Positions 25,029-34,617 of a DNA stretch of 64,000 nt are shown piece by piece. Position numbers and translations under genes: made by a program. Position 1 is the first letter of the stretch, and each line of letters starts with the position of its first letter. The notes beneath the pieces are model-generated. The model was not told the origin of the DNA, searched no databases, and worked only from the letters and a program-made list of their open reading frames with translations. The stretch lies in contig JAQBXK010000006.1 of NCBI GenBank assembly GCA_027625145.1, positions 24,260 to 88,259 of the forward strand, given 5' to 3'. Origin of the DNA: Pseudomonadota bacterium. Lineage in GTDB: Bacteria; Pseudomonadota; Alphaproteobacteria; Puniceispirillales; Marisalimonadaceae.

Positions 25029-26201
25029 TTATTTTGTTAATATTGTTTCAGCTAAGTTTGACCAATATGCGGCACCAATTGGAAGTAATTCATCATTAAA
25101 ATCATAATATACGCTATGAAGTTTTTCTGAATTTTCTCCTGCCCCTAACCAGATATATGCTCCCGGTTTCTCTTGAAGCATATATGAAAAATCTTCAGAT
25201 GTCATAGTAGGTTTTTCAATTGTGTCTAAAGATCCTATTCCAAAAGTGTCTTCAAATACTTTGGAAGCAAATTCAGCACTTTTAATATCATTAATGGTTG
25301 ATGGATAACCGGGTCTTATTTCTAAATTAACTTTACAGTTATTGATATCACATGCGTTAGATGCTATTTTTTTTATTTTTGTAAGCATGTCATCTCTAGT
25401 TTTTTTATTAGTTGATCTTAGTGTTCCTCCAATTGAAACATTATCAGGTATTACATTAAAGGCTGATCCACCATTGATTTTTGTTAATGAAAGAACGGCT
25501 TGATCAAAAGGGTTTAGTTGTCTTGATATAGCTGTCTGTAAAGCTGTTATGGTTAAGCCAGCAGAAACAATAGGATCATTAGAAAATTGAGGTTGAGCAG
25601 CATGACCTCCTTTTCCTTCTATTGTTAGAATAATAATATCTCCCCCAGCCATAGCAAAGCCTTTGTGAATAACAGCTTGTCCAACAGGTACTCCTGGCCA
25701 ATTATGAATTCCCCAAACACTATCAATATGAAATTTTGTAAAAAGCCCGTCATTAATCATGGCTTTAGCACCTGCATTGCCACCTTCTTCAGCAGGTTGA
25801 AATATGCAATAAACTGTTCCACAAAAATTTCTAGTCTCAGCTAAATACTTAGCTGCTCCTAATAGCATTGTTGAATGACCGTCATGTCCACAAGCATGCA
25901 TTTTACCTTCGTTCTTTGAAGAATAAATTAGATTAGTTTTTTCTGACATTGGAAGAGCATCCATATCAGCTCTAATGCCAATAGATTTATTACTTGTACC
26001 TTTATGTTTTCCCTGAATTACTCCAACAATACCAGTGCCACCAAATCCACGATGCACTTCTATTCCAAATTCATTAAGTTTTTGGGCAATAAAATCAGAA
26101 GTATTATTTTCTTCATAAGCTATTTCAGGGTTTTGATGAATATGGTGTCTCCATTCTCTCATTTCAGGAATTAAGACTTGAATCTGTTTGTTGATATTCA
26201 T
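25029..26201 (-). CDS. M20-family amidohydrolase (hippurate hydrolase / N-acyl-amino-acid amidohydrolase-like)
   Basis: Motifs are RHHIHQNPE, MHACGHDGH and FQPAEEG. It is 390 aa. Confidence 0.85.
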   Translation of the reverse strand: MNINKQIQVLIPEMREWRHHIHQNPEIAYEENNTSDFIAQKLNEFGIEVHRGFGGTGIVGVIQGKHKGTSNKSIGIRADMDALPMSEKTNLIYSSKNEGKMHACGHDGHSTMLLGAAKYLAETRNFCGTVYCIFQPAEEGGNAGAKAMINDGLFTKFHIDSVWGIHNWPGVPVGQAVIHKGFAMAGGDIIILTIEGKGGHAAQPQFSNDPIVSAGLTITALQTAISRQLNPFDQAVLSLTKINGGSAFNVIPDNVSIGGTLRSTNKKTRDDMLTKIKKIASNACDINNCKVNLEIRPGYPSTINDIKSAEFASKVFEDTFGIGSLDTIEKPTMTSEDFSYMLQEKPGAYIWLGAGENSEKLHSVYYDFNDELLPIGAAYWSNLAETILTK

Positions 26202-26341
26202 TTTTTAAAATACAATAGTTCTATATCAAATTAAAATTATGGTTATTCTCTATTTCATTTATATATATTCTAAACGTTCTAAAAAAAAAAGGTCAAATAA
26301 ATATTAAATAATCAATTTCAATTAAATAAGGATGTCATTTC

Positions 26342-27163
26342 TTGAGTTTTAAAAATATTATCAATCAATTGCCTGAATTAAATTTATTTAATGATAAAGA
26401 GCTGAACTTATCTATGTCTTATAGGTATAGAAAAGAATGTAAAACCATACCTATTTTGTTATTACATGGCTTTAACGGAAATAGTAAAAGTTGGGCGTAT
26501 CAATTTAATTTTTTTAAAAATAAAAGATCTATCATAGCGATAGATGCTCCTGGGTTTGGTAAATCAGATCCTGCTGCCATAGACATGTTAGCTATTGCTT
26601 CTTTGATTAAACGGTTATTAAATAGCATTAATATAAATGAATGTGATATTGTAGGTCACTCAATGGGTGGAATGTTGGCTCAAGTAATTTCATCTAGACA
26701 TAATTCACTAGTAAGAAAAGTTATACTCTCTTGCACTCACAAAGGCTATGCAATTCCTGAAGGAAACCCTCTGATAGCACCTTTTGAAAAAAGACTTGAA
26801 GAAAGAAAAAATCTCTCAGATCAAGAATTTGGTATACTTCGCGTTAACGAAATGTTGCCAGGATTAAAAAATAAAGAAACATTTGATTTTTTAGCCACTA
26901 TTAGTGAAGAAATAACAGAAGGGTCTATTAAATCTGGAGGTATGGCAATGCAGATTTTAGATACAACAAAATATTTATCAGAATTTAATCAAAAATGTTT
27001 AATAATAACAGCTGTAAATGATGTGGTTGTATCGAAAGAACGCTCTATAGCATTAGAAAACGAGATACCACATGCTGAAACAATAAAATTGTTAAACGTA
27101 GGACATGCGCCATATTGTGAAGACGCTTTAGCTTTTAATAACGCGCTTGAAAAATTTTTGTAA
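26342..27163 (+). CDS. Alpha/beta-fold hydrolase
   Basis: It has LLHGF, the nucleophile elbow GHSMGG and a C-terminal GHAP. It uses a TTG start with an AAGGA SD upstream. Confidence 0.8.
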   Translation: MSFKNIINQLPELNLFNDKELNLSMSYRYRKECKTIPILLLHGFNGNSKSWAYQFNFFKNKRSIIAIDAPGFGKSDPAAIDMLAIASLIKRLLNSININECDIVGHSMGGMLAQVISSRHNSLVRKVILSCTHKGYAIPEGNPLIAPFEKRLEERKNLSDQEFGILRVNEMLPGLKNKETFDFLATISEEITEGSIKSGGMAMQILDTTKYLSEFNQKCLIITAVNDVVVSKERSIALENEIPHAETIKLLNVGHAPYCEDALAFNNALEKFL

Positions 27164-27169
27164 AAAATA

Positions 27170-28369
27170 ATGAACGCTTTCTCAAGTCGTCCTTTCTCTC
27201 TGTATTTTATGAGCAATACTTTAGCTCTTTTAGGTATTTGGATTCAAAAAATAGGAGTGGGTTGGCTAACTTGGGAAATGACAGAGTCTACATTTTGGAC
27301 AAGCTTTGTTACCTTGGCTCTTATGGCTCCTGCAGGAATTATAGGACCTTTTTTTGCCGTTTTGGCTGAAAAATGGGATATGAGAAAAGCTAGTATAATT
27401 TTAAAGCTATTGATGTTTTTAATAGGAGTATTAATTTGGTACTTACAATTTATTAATGGTCACACATTACTTTCATTAGCATTTCTATCAATTCTTCAAG
27501 GGTTACTTAGTGCTTGTTACCATCCAGTTAGATTAGTATTTGTATCGGTTGTTGTTGAACGTGAATTATTACCAAGTGCTGTAGGTCTTAATTCCGCATC
27601 TTTTAATGCTTCAAGAGTCGTTGGCCCAGCACTTGCCGGATTTTTAATCGCTATATTTGATCTTGAAACTACATTCTTTATTGCAATGCTGACTTATATA
27701 CCATTAATACCAGTACTAATTTATATGCCATTAAGATCACGAAAAAAAACTTCAAAAGTTATGAATAATTATTATGAGCAACTTATTGAAGGAGCAAGAT
27801 TGGCTTTGAATAGTCCAATTATATTTAAAAGTTTATTTATAGTTTTTATTAATGCTTTTTTTGTAAGAGGGATGCTTGAAATTCAACCTACAATTGCAGG
27901 AGAAATATTAGATGAAGGTAGCTTAGGATTATCTTTAATAACTGCCGCCGCTGGTTTTGGCGCTTTATTAGCTTCAATATTGATTGGTATACGTAAAAAT
28001 AATAATTTCAAAATAGAAAAAATGTTAATCCCTATGGTTTTAATAGGATTGATAATCAGTTCAATATTAGCTTTTACAAATAACTTATATTTGATGTCTT
28101 TTTTATTCATTTTTGTTGGGTTTAGTACAACAGTTGTAGGTATTGGAACTCAAACTATTATACAGCTTGAAGTTGACGATTTATTTAGAGCTAGAGTCTT
28201 AACATGGTGGTCAAGTACATCTTTTGGAGCATTAACAATTGGAGGAATCTTACTAGGTTCCATGGGTGAGTTTATACCTTTAAACTTAGGAATGCTAATT
28301 ATGCCAATATTAGGTTTTTTTATATTTAAAATAATTTTATTTTATAAGTTTGAAAATAGATTTAATTAA
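27170..28369 (+). CDS. MFS transporter (EntS/MFS_3-like exporter)
   Basis: It has about 12 predicted TM helices and starts 6 nt after the hydrolase gene. Confidence 0.7.
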   Translation: MNAFSSRPFSLYFMSNTLALLGIWIQKIGVGWLTWEMTESTFWTSFVTLALMAPAGIIGPFFAVLAEKWDMRKASIILKLLMFLIGVLIWYLQFINGHTLLSLAFLSILQGLLSACYHPVRLVFVSVVVERELLPSAVGLNSASFNASRVVGPALAGFLIAIFDLETTFFIAMLTYIPLIPVLIYMPLRSRKKTSKVMNNYYEQLIEGARLALNSPIIFKSLFIVFINAFFVRGMLEIQPTIAGEILDEGSLGLSLITAAAGFGALLASILIGIRKNNNFKIEKMLIPMVLIGLIISSILAFTNNLYLMSFLFIFVGFSTTVVGIGTQTIIQLEVDDLFRARVLTWWSSTSFGALTIGGILLGSMGEFIPLNLGMLIMPILGFFIFKIILFYKFENRFN

Positions 28370-29243
28370 TAGTTTTTGTCAATGCTTCTCTTTTAAAGAT
28401 ATAGACGCCTGCAACTGTTATTATTAACCCTCCTATTATAGTTGTTAAAACTGGAGAAGAATTCCAAATAATATAATCAAATATAATAGCCCAAACTATT
28501 CCTGTATAGTTAAAGGGACTGACAATGGAAGCAGGAGCTTTTTGTAATGCATATGTCATAAGTATTTGAGTTAAAAAAGCAGATGCTCCAAGGCCAATAA
28601 ATAATAAAATAACTTCAAAAGAAGGAGCAATCCATAAAAAAGGTTGGAAAAAAGAAGTTGTTATAGCGCTAACAAGCATAAAATAAAAAACAGTTTTAAC
28701 TGGACTTTCAGTTGTTCCTAACAATCTCAAAAAAATAATAGTTGTTGACCACATTATAGTTCCAATTAAAGCGTAGATTGAAGCAATTACAATTTCTCCA
28801 GAAGGGTTAATAGCAATTATCACTCCTAAAAACCCAATAAAAATTGCAATCCATCTTCGCCAACCAATAATTTCCTTAAGAAAAATGATTGCTAAAATAC
28901 ATGCAAAAATAGGTACTGCTTGTGAGATAACTGTAACATCAGCCACAGGTAATCTTTGATACGCAGAAAAAAACATGATGTTACCAATGAGTCCTGCAAT
29001 ACCTCTAAAAAAATGTAAGGTTGGTTTTTTAGTTTTTAAGAATTTTAATCCTCCTAATTTATAAATTAGTGGAGTTAAAAAAATCAAAACAATGATTGCT
29101 CGTACAAATGTAATTTGAGCTGGATGATATTCTATGCCTATTAATTTTGCTTGAACACTCATTAAAGTAACGCAAAAGACAGCAACAATCATAGCCGAAA
29201 TAGCTTTAAAATTATTAGATTTATTCTTAAATCGTTTTATCAA
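28362..29243 (-). CDS. EamA/DMT-family transporter
   Basis: It has ten TM-like segments in a duplicated EamA pattern. It is 293 aa. Confidence 0.75.
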   Translation of the reverse strand: MIKRFKNKSNNFKAISAMIVAVFCVTLMSVQAKLIGIEYHPAQITFVRAIIVLIFLTPLIYKLGGLKFLKTKKPTLHFFRGIAGLIGNIMFFSAYQRLPVADVTVISQAVPIFACILAIIFLKEIIGWRRWIAIFIGFLGVIIAINPSGEIVIASIYALIGTIMWSTTIIFLRLLGTTESPVKTVFYFMLVSAITTSFFQPFLWIAPSFEVILLFIGLGASAFLTQILMTYALQKAPASIVSPFNYTGIVWAIIFDYIIWNSSPVLTTIIGGLIITVAGVYIFKREALTKTIN

Positions 29244-29270
29244 ATATTTTTTCCAGTTAAAGCAAACTAT

Positions 29271-30542
29271 TTATTCAAGTTTTTTGTTTATTGATAGTGA
29301 AGAAGGTGATTTAAGAAATATTATAGCTATAATAGCAATTACGATTGGGTATATAGATAAATATCTAATCGTTATCAATGAATTTCCTATGTAATCAATT
29401 GCAAAAGCAACAGGCAATGGGCCCAAAGAAGCACCAATAACACCTATCATTTGTCCAGTTCCTTGAATACTTCCTAAATATTTTCTTCCAAAGTATCTTG
29501 GCCAAATATAGCCAAACATAGTCATACTAATAGCATTATTAATTCCAAAGAAAATTGCATACAAAACTACGAAAAAATCATTACTTGCAAAAGTAATAGA
29601 TAGTAAGGAGATTGTATTAACTATAAGGCCTAAAGCTAAAACGTATCTTGTTGGAAATTTATCAAATAGTTTACCAATAAAAGGCATAAATAAAATCATG
29701 GTAAGAGCGGAGATAGAGAAAACAGCGGCTGCAAATTCTTTTGTTATTCCTTGACTTGTTAATATAGTCACTTGATAAAAGTGAAGAGTAGTTACTAACA
29801 TCGCCATGCCAAACCACATGGCAGCTAAAATATAAAATGATTTTTCTCTAAGGGCTTCTGATAGATTTAAGCCTTCAATTTCATTTTCAGTATTTTTATT
29901 AGAAGTTGATTTATGCATTCCATCTGGTTTAAGTCCAACGCTTTCAGGTGAATCCCATGCTAAAAGAAACAAAGCAGGAACCATAATAATCCATGTTGAT
30001 ATACCTAAAATAATCCAAGCGTATTTCCATCCAAATTGATCAATTAATAATTGAGACAAAGGGGGGTGGATAGCCATTGATATGCCAAATCCAAGAGCCA
30101 TAAGGCTCATAGCAAAACCTCTTTTACTATCAAACCATTGTGAAACCATATTTGCACAACCAAGCATTAAAGAACCTTGGCCAAAAAATCTTAAGAAACC
30201 AAACCCAACGGTTAACATTAAAAAATTAGATGCTGCTCCAAAAAATATGCATGATATACCTAAAATTATACTTATAATTATTAAACTAGATCTGGATCCG
30301 TATTTATCAATAAGTTTTCCCATATGGGGAAGTAAAAATGCAGCAATTAGAGTGGCTAGACCATATGCTGATGCAATTGAAGCAGTTGAAATTTCTAAAT
30401 CTTTACTAATAGGACCAACAAAAACACTAAAAGTATGAGATTGTCCCGGACCACTTGAAAAAATACCAAGATTTGCTACTCCAACAATAATCCAACCATA
30501 AAAAAATTTAGGGTTTATAAAATTAAAAACATTTTCACGCAT
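29271..30542 (-). CDS. MFS transporter (possibly oxalate/formate antiporter-like family)
   Basis: It is a 12-TM pattern protein. The N-terminus, FYGWIIVGV...GQSHTFSVFVGPISKDL, resembles OFA-type MFS. The subfamily call is weak. Confidence 0.6.
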   Translation of the reverse strand: MRENVFNFINPKFFYGWIIVGVANLGIFSSGPGQSHTFSVFVGPISKDLEISTASIASAYGLATLIAAFLLPHMGKLIDKYGSRSSLIIISIILGISCIFFGAASNFLMLTVGFGFLRFFGQGSLMLGCANMVSQWFDSKRGFAMSLMALGFGISMAIHPPLSQLLIDQFGWKYAWIILGISTWIIMVPALFLLAWDSPESVGLKPDGMHKSTSNKNTENEIEGLNLSEALREKSFYILAAMWFGMAMLVTTLHFYQVTILTSQGITKEFAAAVFSISALTMILFMPFIGKLFDKFPTRYVLALGLIVNTISLLSITFASNDFFVVLYAIFFGINNAISMTMFGYIWPRYFGRKYLGSIQGTGQMIGVIGASLGPLPVAFAIDYIGNSLITIRYLSIYPIVIAIIAIIFLKSPSSLSINKKLE

Positions 30543-30626
30543 AATAATTCAGACTGGTAAATATAAATATAGAAACTATTATAATAGTGTATATGTTAAT
30601 TAAAAAAAAGAAATATATTAATTATG

Positions 30627-31511
30627 CTATTTGTCTAAAGCCTCAACATACATATCTAGAGCTTCAATTAAAGTTCTGTTGACGTTAACAGTTTCTCTTG
30701 TTTCTTTTGCAATTGGTGTCTTGTTAGCCAAAGACATCATATCAGCAGAGCCGAGATGAAATTTTGGAGTGACGCCAATGTCTAAAAAAGTATTAGCAAT
30801 TTCATGCATTTCACCTTCCCAGCGAGCCGCATCTAAAGGTATTCTAGGAACCATTCGTTCCATTGCCGCTAAAGTATCTGGTTTACTATATTTTAACTCT
30901 TCAAAATAATCAGATGACAAATCTAATTTATGAGCCGCTGTTAGTACAGCTGCATGCAGCGCAAAAGTACCTTTAGTAGCGCTAGCGTAGATAATTTTCA
31001 TAGCTGAGGCTTTACCAATTTCTTTTCCAAGATCTTTTACAATAAATCCATTTCCATTTAATATTTTAACTGGGCTTGTATCTGGTCCAGAAACATAAAG
31101 GCGAGTGTTACCTTTTTCAACTATAGGGTTTAACCCAATAATTCCAGCATCTATAAAATTACAAAATTTAGAAGATATTGCTTCATTGATACTTTTTGCA
31201 GTTTTTGGTGAGACTGCATTACAATCAACGTATGTTATATTCTTTTGTGTTTTTAAGATTATAGCATTAACTATTTTTGATTGTTGTAATGCTGATTCAG
31301 GAGGAAGAATTGAAAGAATGATATCAGCAGATTGAATTACATTCTCAATAGTTTTAACATCCTCTATTCCTGAAGATTGAGCTAGTTTTTTGGTCCTAGT
31401 ACTTCTTCCATCGAGACATGAGATAACTTTAAAATTATTATTTATAAATGCTTTTCCACATCCATGCCCCATATCACCAGGCATTAAAATGCCAATAGTA
31501 GCTTTAATCAT
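30627..31511 (-). CDS. NAD(P)-binding oxidoreductase with 6-phosphogluconate-dehydrogenase-like N-terminal domain and DUF1932-like C-terminus
   Basis: It has a Rossmann-like N-terminus (IGILMPGDMGHG) and is 294 aa. Confidence 0.6.
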   Translation of the reverse strand: MIKATIGILMPGDMGHGCGKAFINNNFKVISCLDGRSTRTKKLAQSSGIEDVKTIENVIQSADIILSILPPESALQQSKIVNAIILKTQKNITYVDCNAVSPKTAKSINEAISSKFCNFIDAGIIGLNPIVEKGNTRLYVSGPDTSPVKILNGNGFIVKDLGKEIGKASAMKIIYASATKGTFALHAAVLTAAHKLDLSSDYFEELKYSKPDTLAAMERMVPRIPLDAARWEGEMHEIANTFLDIGVTPKFHLGSADMMSLANKTPIAKETRETVNVNRTLIEALDMYVEALDK

Positions 31512-31543
31512 TAATTCCTCATAATATTAGAATTTTAAAATAT

Positions 31544-31918
31544 TTATTTACTCATCGGCCCACCATTCTTTTCCCAGTCACCAATGCCACCAACGTTTAA
31601 TACTGTATTATAACCCATCTCAATAAGAGTTTTCCCAGCTAGTGCTGCTTGACCTCCCGCACCACAAATCAGAATTATTTCAGCATCTTTTTTGAGGGCT
31701 TTATTATATAATGGTGTAGCTTCATCAGCTACAAATTCAATCAACCCTCTTGGGATTATCAAACCTTCAAGAATAGTTCCTGTTTTTTCAATATCAGCAC
31801 TATCCCTAACATCTATAAAAATAGAAGATTTCATTTTATGTTTTTGTATAGCTTCATTTACATCTATTTTCATAACTAGTTGATTTGCTTCTTCAAGATA
31901 ATTTTTAGCTGTTTTCAT
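31544..31918 (-). CDS. Single-domain rhodanese-like sulfurtransferase
   Basis: It has FIDVRD and an active-site loop, ICGAGGQA. I chose ATG 31918 because AGAGG lies 6 nt upstream. The longer track ORF would overlap the upstream gene. Confidence 0.7.
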   Translation of the reverse strand: MKTAKNYLEEANQLVMKIDVNEAIQKHKMKSSIFIDVRDSADIEKTGTILEGLIIPRGLIEFVADEATPLYNKALKKDAEIILICGAGGQAALAGKTLIEMGYNTVLNVGGIGDWEKNGGPMSK

Positions 31919-31938
31919 TTTTGCCTCTTTAAAAGTGA

Positions 31939-32397
31939 TTAATTTAATAGACCTATAAATTGTGGTTGTGTAACTGATAAAGTCATCCAACAATTTATAC
32001 ATTCTTTACTTAAATAAGTTTTTTCTAATATCCAGGTGAGATTATATCTTTTATTATTCTTAGCGTCCACATCTACTGAAACTTTAGCAATATTGTTTTC
32101 TTCTAATAATAATTTAGTTTTAAAATTTAAAGAATTTAACAACACATTATATGAGGTGTCAGATATCATGTTAATAAAACTATTAAAGGGACCAGTAAAA
32201 CTTTTATTTTTAGGATGTGCAAAAAGCCAACACTGATATATTCCTTCGTTATTAGTAATAGAATACGATTGTAATGCAGTCATTTGAATCTCTACCACTT
32301 CTATAGAAGAAAAAAGATCATTTGGAAGAATTTCGCTCTTGGCATCTTTATTATTAATAAATATTAATAACATTAAAACTGATAATAAGTATTTCAT
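31939..32397 (-). CDS. Secreted hypothetical protein, DUF4864-like
   Basis: It has a signal peptide. The pattern (IQMTALQ...LFAHPKNK..FTGPFNSFINMI) resembles DUF4864. This is a memory-based call. Confidence 0.45.
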   Translation of the reverse strand: MKYLLSVLMLLIFINNKDAKSEILPNDLFSSIEVVEIQMTALQSYSITNNEGIYQCWLFAHPKNKSFTGPFNSFINMISDTSYNVLLNSLNFKTKLLLEENNIAKVSVDVDAKNNKRYNLTWILEKTYLSKECINCWMTLSVTQPQFIGLLN

Positions 32398-32476
32398 TAG
32401 ATTCCTTTAAAAATATTTTTTAAGTTATTGGTTTTTGTGCATAATAAGATTAAATAAATGTTATATATAATTTTAA

Positions 32477-32995
32477 TTGAGGAAGACTGATTTGTCATAC
32501 CAAAAGTATATTATTGATAACATACACAAAATAATTTTACCTTTTTTATTTGCTATAATTAGCTGTGCTTCTCTTGCAGCAGGATCTAATTCAGATAGAA
32601 GCGCCACTAAGATAGTATCTAAATCATCATATTATTACGATGCCTTGAAATTGATAGAAAAAAAAGAATTTAAATTAGCAATACAAAGTTTAGATAAAGC
32701 TAAACAAAGTTCAAAAAATGATCCTGATATTTATAATTATTTAGGGTTTTCATATAGAAAAATTGGAGAAATGACTTCTGCATCTTTTAATTATGAAAAA
32801 GCTTTAAAAATTGATCCAAAGCATAAAGGTGCACTTGAATATCAAGGTGAAATGTTTATCACTTTAGGGCAATTAGATAAAGCTAGAGTAAATTTAAAAA
32901 AATTAGAAAAAATATGTTTTCTGGGATGTGAAGAAGAAAAGACATTAAAACAGTCAATTATTAATTCACAAAATGGTAAGAAAAATGAATATTAA
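32477..32995 (+). CDS. TPR-repeat lipoprotein
   Basis: It has a TTG start and the lipobox-like IISC. TPR-like repeats are present (YNYLGFSYRKIGEMTSASFNYEKALKIDPKHKGALEYQGEMF). Confidence 0.6.
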   Translation: MRKTDLSYQKYIIDNIHKIILPFLFAIISCASLAAGSNSDRSATKIVSKSSYYYDALKLIEKKEFKLAIQSLDKAKQSSKNDPDIYNYLGFSYRKIGEMTSASFNYEKALKIDPKHKGALEYQGEMFITLGQLDKARVNLKKLEKICFLGCEEEKTLKQSIINSQNGKKNEY

Positions 32996-33032
32996 TAACG
33001 TTAGTTAAAGTTTGCAGTGTGGGGGGTAAAAC

Positions 33033-33854
33033 ATGAACTCTTTTGATCAATTATCAGTTAAAGAAATAGTTGATGAAGTGCCTGATGGTTGCCTATTAGG
33101 TATTCCTGCAGATTATTCTGGTGTTCCTATGCAATTCACAAAAGAATTAATTAAAAAAGGTATTAAAAATTTACGCCTATATTGTCTTCCTTTAACAACA
33201 ATACAAGGAGATATGTTAATTGGTAGTGGCTGCGTTTCAGAAATTGAAGCTGCGGCGGTTACATTAGGAGAGTTTGGTCTAGCCTCAAGGTTTTCTGAAG
33301 CAATAGAGCAAAATACATTGTTAATGAAAGATTCAACCTGTCCAGCATTACATGCACAGTTGCAGGCTACAGAAAAATCAGTTCCTTTTATGCCACTTAG
33401 AGGCGTTATAGGTTCAGATATCCAAAAACATAGAAAAGATTGGTGTATAATTCCTAATCCAATGAATTCATCTGGTATAAAAGACGAACCAATTTTACTT
33501 TTACCAGCTGTTCAATTGGATGTTTTTGTGTTTCATGCAGCTTGTTCAGATAGAAATGGAAATATTCAAATTGGTAGAAGACGAGAACTTGCTACTTTAG
33601 CCCATGCCTCTAAAAAAGTTTTTGTTACAGTAGAAAAAATTATAGATGAAGATTTATTTGAAAATGAATTATCAGCAGCGACTTGTCTACCTGCTTTATA
33701 CGTTGATGGAATAGCGTTAGCTAAAAATGGTGCATGGCCATGCGCTCTTCCAGGAGCTTATAAAGCTGATAATAATGAAATAAAAAATTACTCTATAGCG
33801 GCTAAAACAAAAGATGGATTTAATGAATATATGAAATTATTATTATCCAAATAA
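33033..33854 (+). CDS. CoA-transferase subunit A (glutaconate/3-oxoacid CoA-transferase family)
   Basis: This is a family-level resemblance (VPDGCLLGI..., IEAAAVTLGEFG, LLLPAVQLDVFVFHA..DRNGN). It is paired with a B-like subunit. Confidence 0.65.
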   Translation: MNSFDQLSVKEIVDEVPDGCLLGIPADYSGVPMQFTKELIKKGIKNLRLYCLPLTTIQGDMLIGSGCVSEIEAAAVTLGEFGLASRFSEAIEQNTLLMKDSTCPALHAQLQATEKSVPFMPLRGVIGSDIQKHRKDWCIIPNPMNSSGIKDEPILLLPAVQLDVFVFHAACSDRNGNIQIGRRRELATLAHASKKVFVTVEKIIDEDLFENELSAATCLPALYVDGIALAKNGAWPCALPGAYKADNNEIKNYSIAAKTKDGFNEYMKLLLSK

Positions 33855-33870
33855 TTTAAGGAATATATTA

Positions 33871-34611
33871 GTGGAACTAAATATTAAAAGAGAAGAACTT
33901 TTAATAAGTCAATTAGCTGATTTACTTGTTAATGATAAGCATGTAGCTGTTGGCGCAGCGTCTCCTATACCTGGCGCAGCAGCTCTTTTGGCAAAAGAAG
34001 AAGCTAAAATTAAGAATAAAAGATTAAGAGTAACTATACTACATTCTAATAAATATAATAACTTTACTGATGGCGCCAGAGAACTATTTGATTGTGCAGC
34101 ACAAGGAAGAATAGACACTTTCTTTTTAGGAGGAGTTCAAATAGATGGGCAAGCAAATATAAATCTAGTGGGGACAGGTACATATCCAAAGTTAAATAAA
34201 AGATTTCCTGGTTCATTTGGTTCTGCATTAATGTATTTTGTTGTTCCTCAGATTATTTTATTTAGAGAAGAGCATTCACCTCGTACTTTAGTAAATAGAG
34301 TGGATTTCATTTCTGCGCCTGGAGTATCTGAAGATAATATTTATAGGCCAGGAGGCCCTAAGTATTTGTTAACTAATAGAGCATTATTTAAATTTAACAA
34401 AAATGATAAAAAATTCTTATTATTACGACTTAATCATAATGAAACAGTTGAAACTGTTACTAATTTAACCGAGTTTAAATTTGATGTTGATAAAAATATT
34501 TCTGAAATGATTAATCCTGACAATGAAAGGATACATATTTTAAGAAACAACATAGCTCCAATGGTTTCAGAGTTTTACCCAGAGTTTGCGAAAAGAATTT
34601 GGGATGTTTAA
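33871..34611 (+). CDS. CoA-transferase subunit B
   Basis: It has a GTG start with AAGGA upstream. Motifs are VAVGAASPIPGAAALLAKE and GRIDTFFLGGVQIDGQANINL. Confidence 0.6.
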   Translation: MELNIKREELLISQLADLLVNDKHVAVGAASPIPGAAALLAKEEAKIKNKRLRVTILHSNKYNNFTDGARELFDCAAQGRIDTFFLGGVQIDGQANINLVGTGTYPKLNKRFPGSFGSALMYFVVPQIILFREEHSPRTLVNRVDFISAPGVSEDNIYRPGGPKYLLTNRALFKFNKNDKKFLLLRLNHNETVETVTNLTEFKFDVDKNISEMINPDNERIHILRNNIAPMVSEFYPEFAKRIWDV

Positions 34612-34617
34612 ATTAAA

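Noticed and set aside
30082-30438. This is a 118-aa plus-strand ORF inside the minus-strand MFS gene. Similar antisense or alternate-frame ORFs appear in the track, for example 35908-36249, 8933-9223, 20825-21064, 21639-21926, 3442-3726 and 47283-47465.
   Set aside because: Each lies wholly inside a longer ORF with clear family motifs. None has an SD. Their translations are low-complexity or mirror-codon artefacts, with no recognisable domain.
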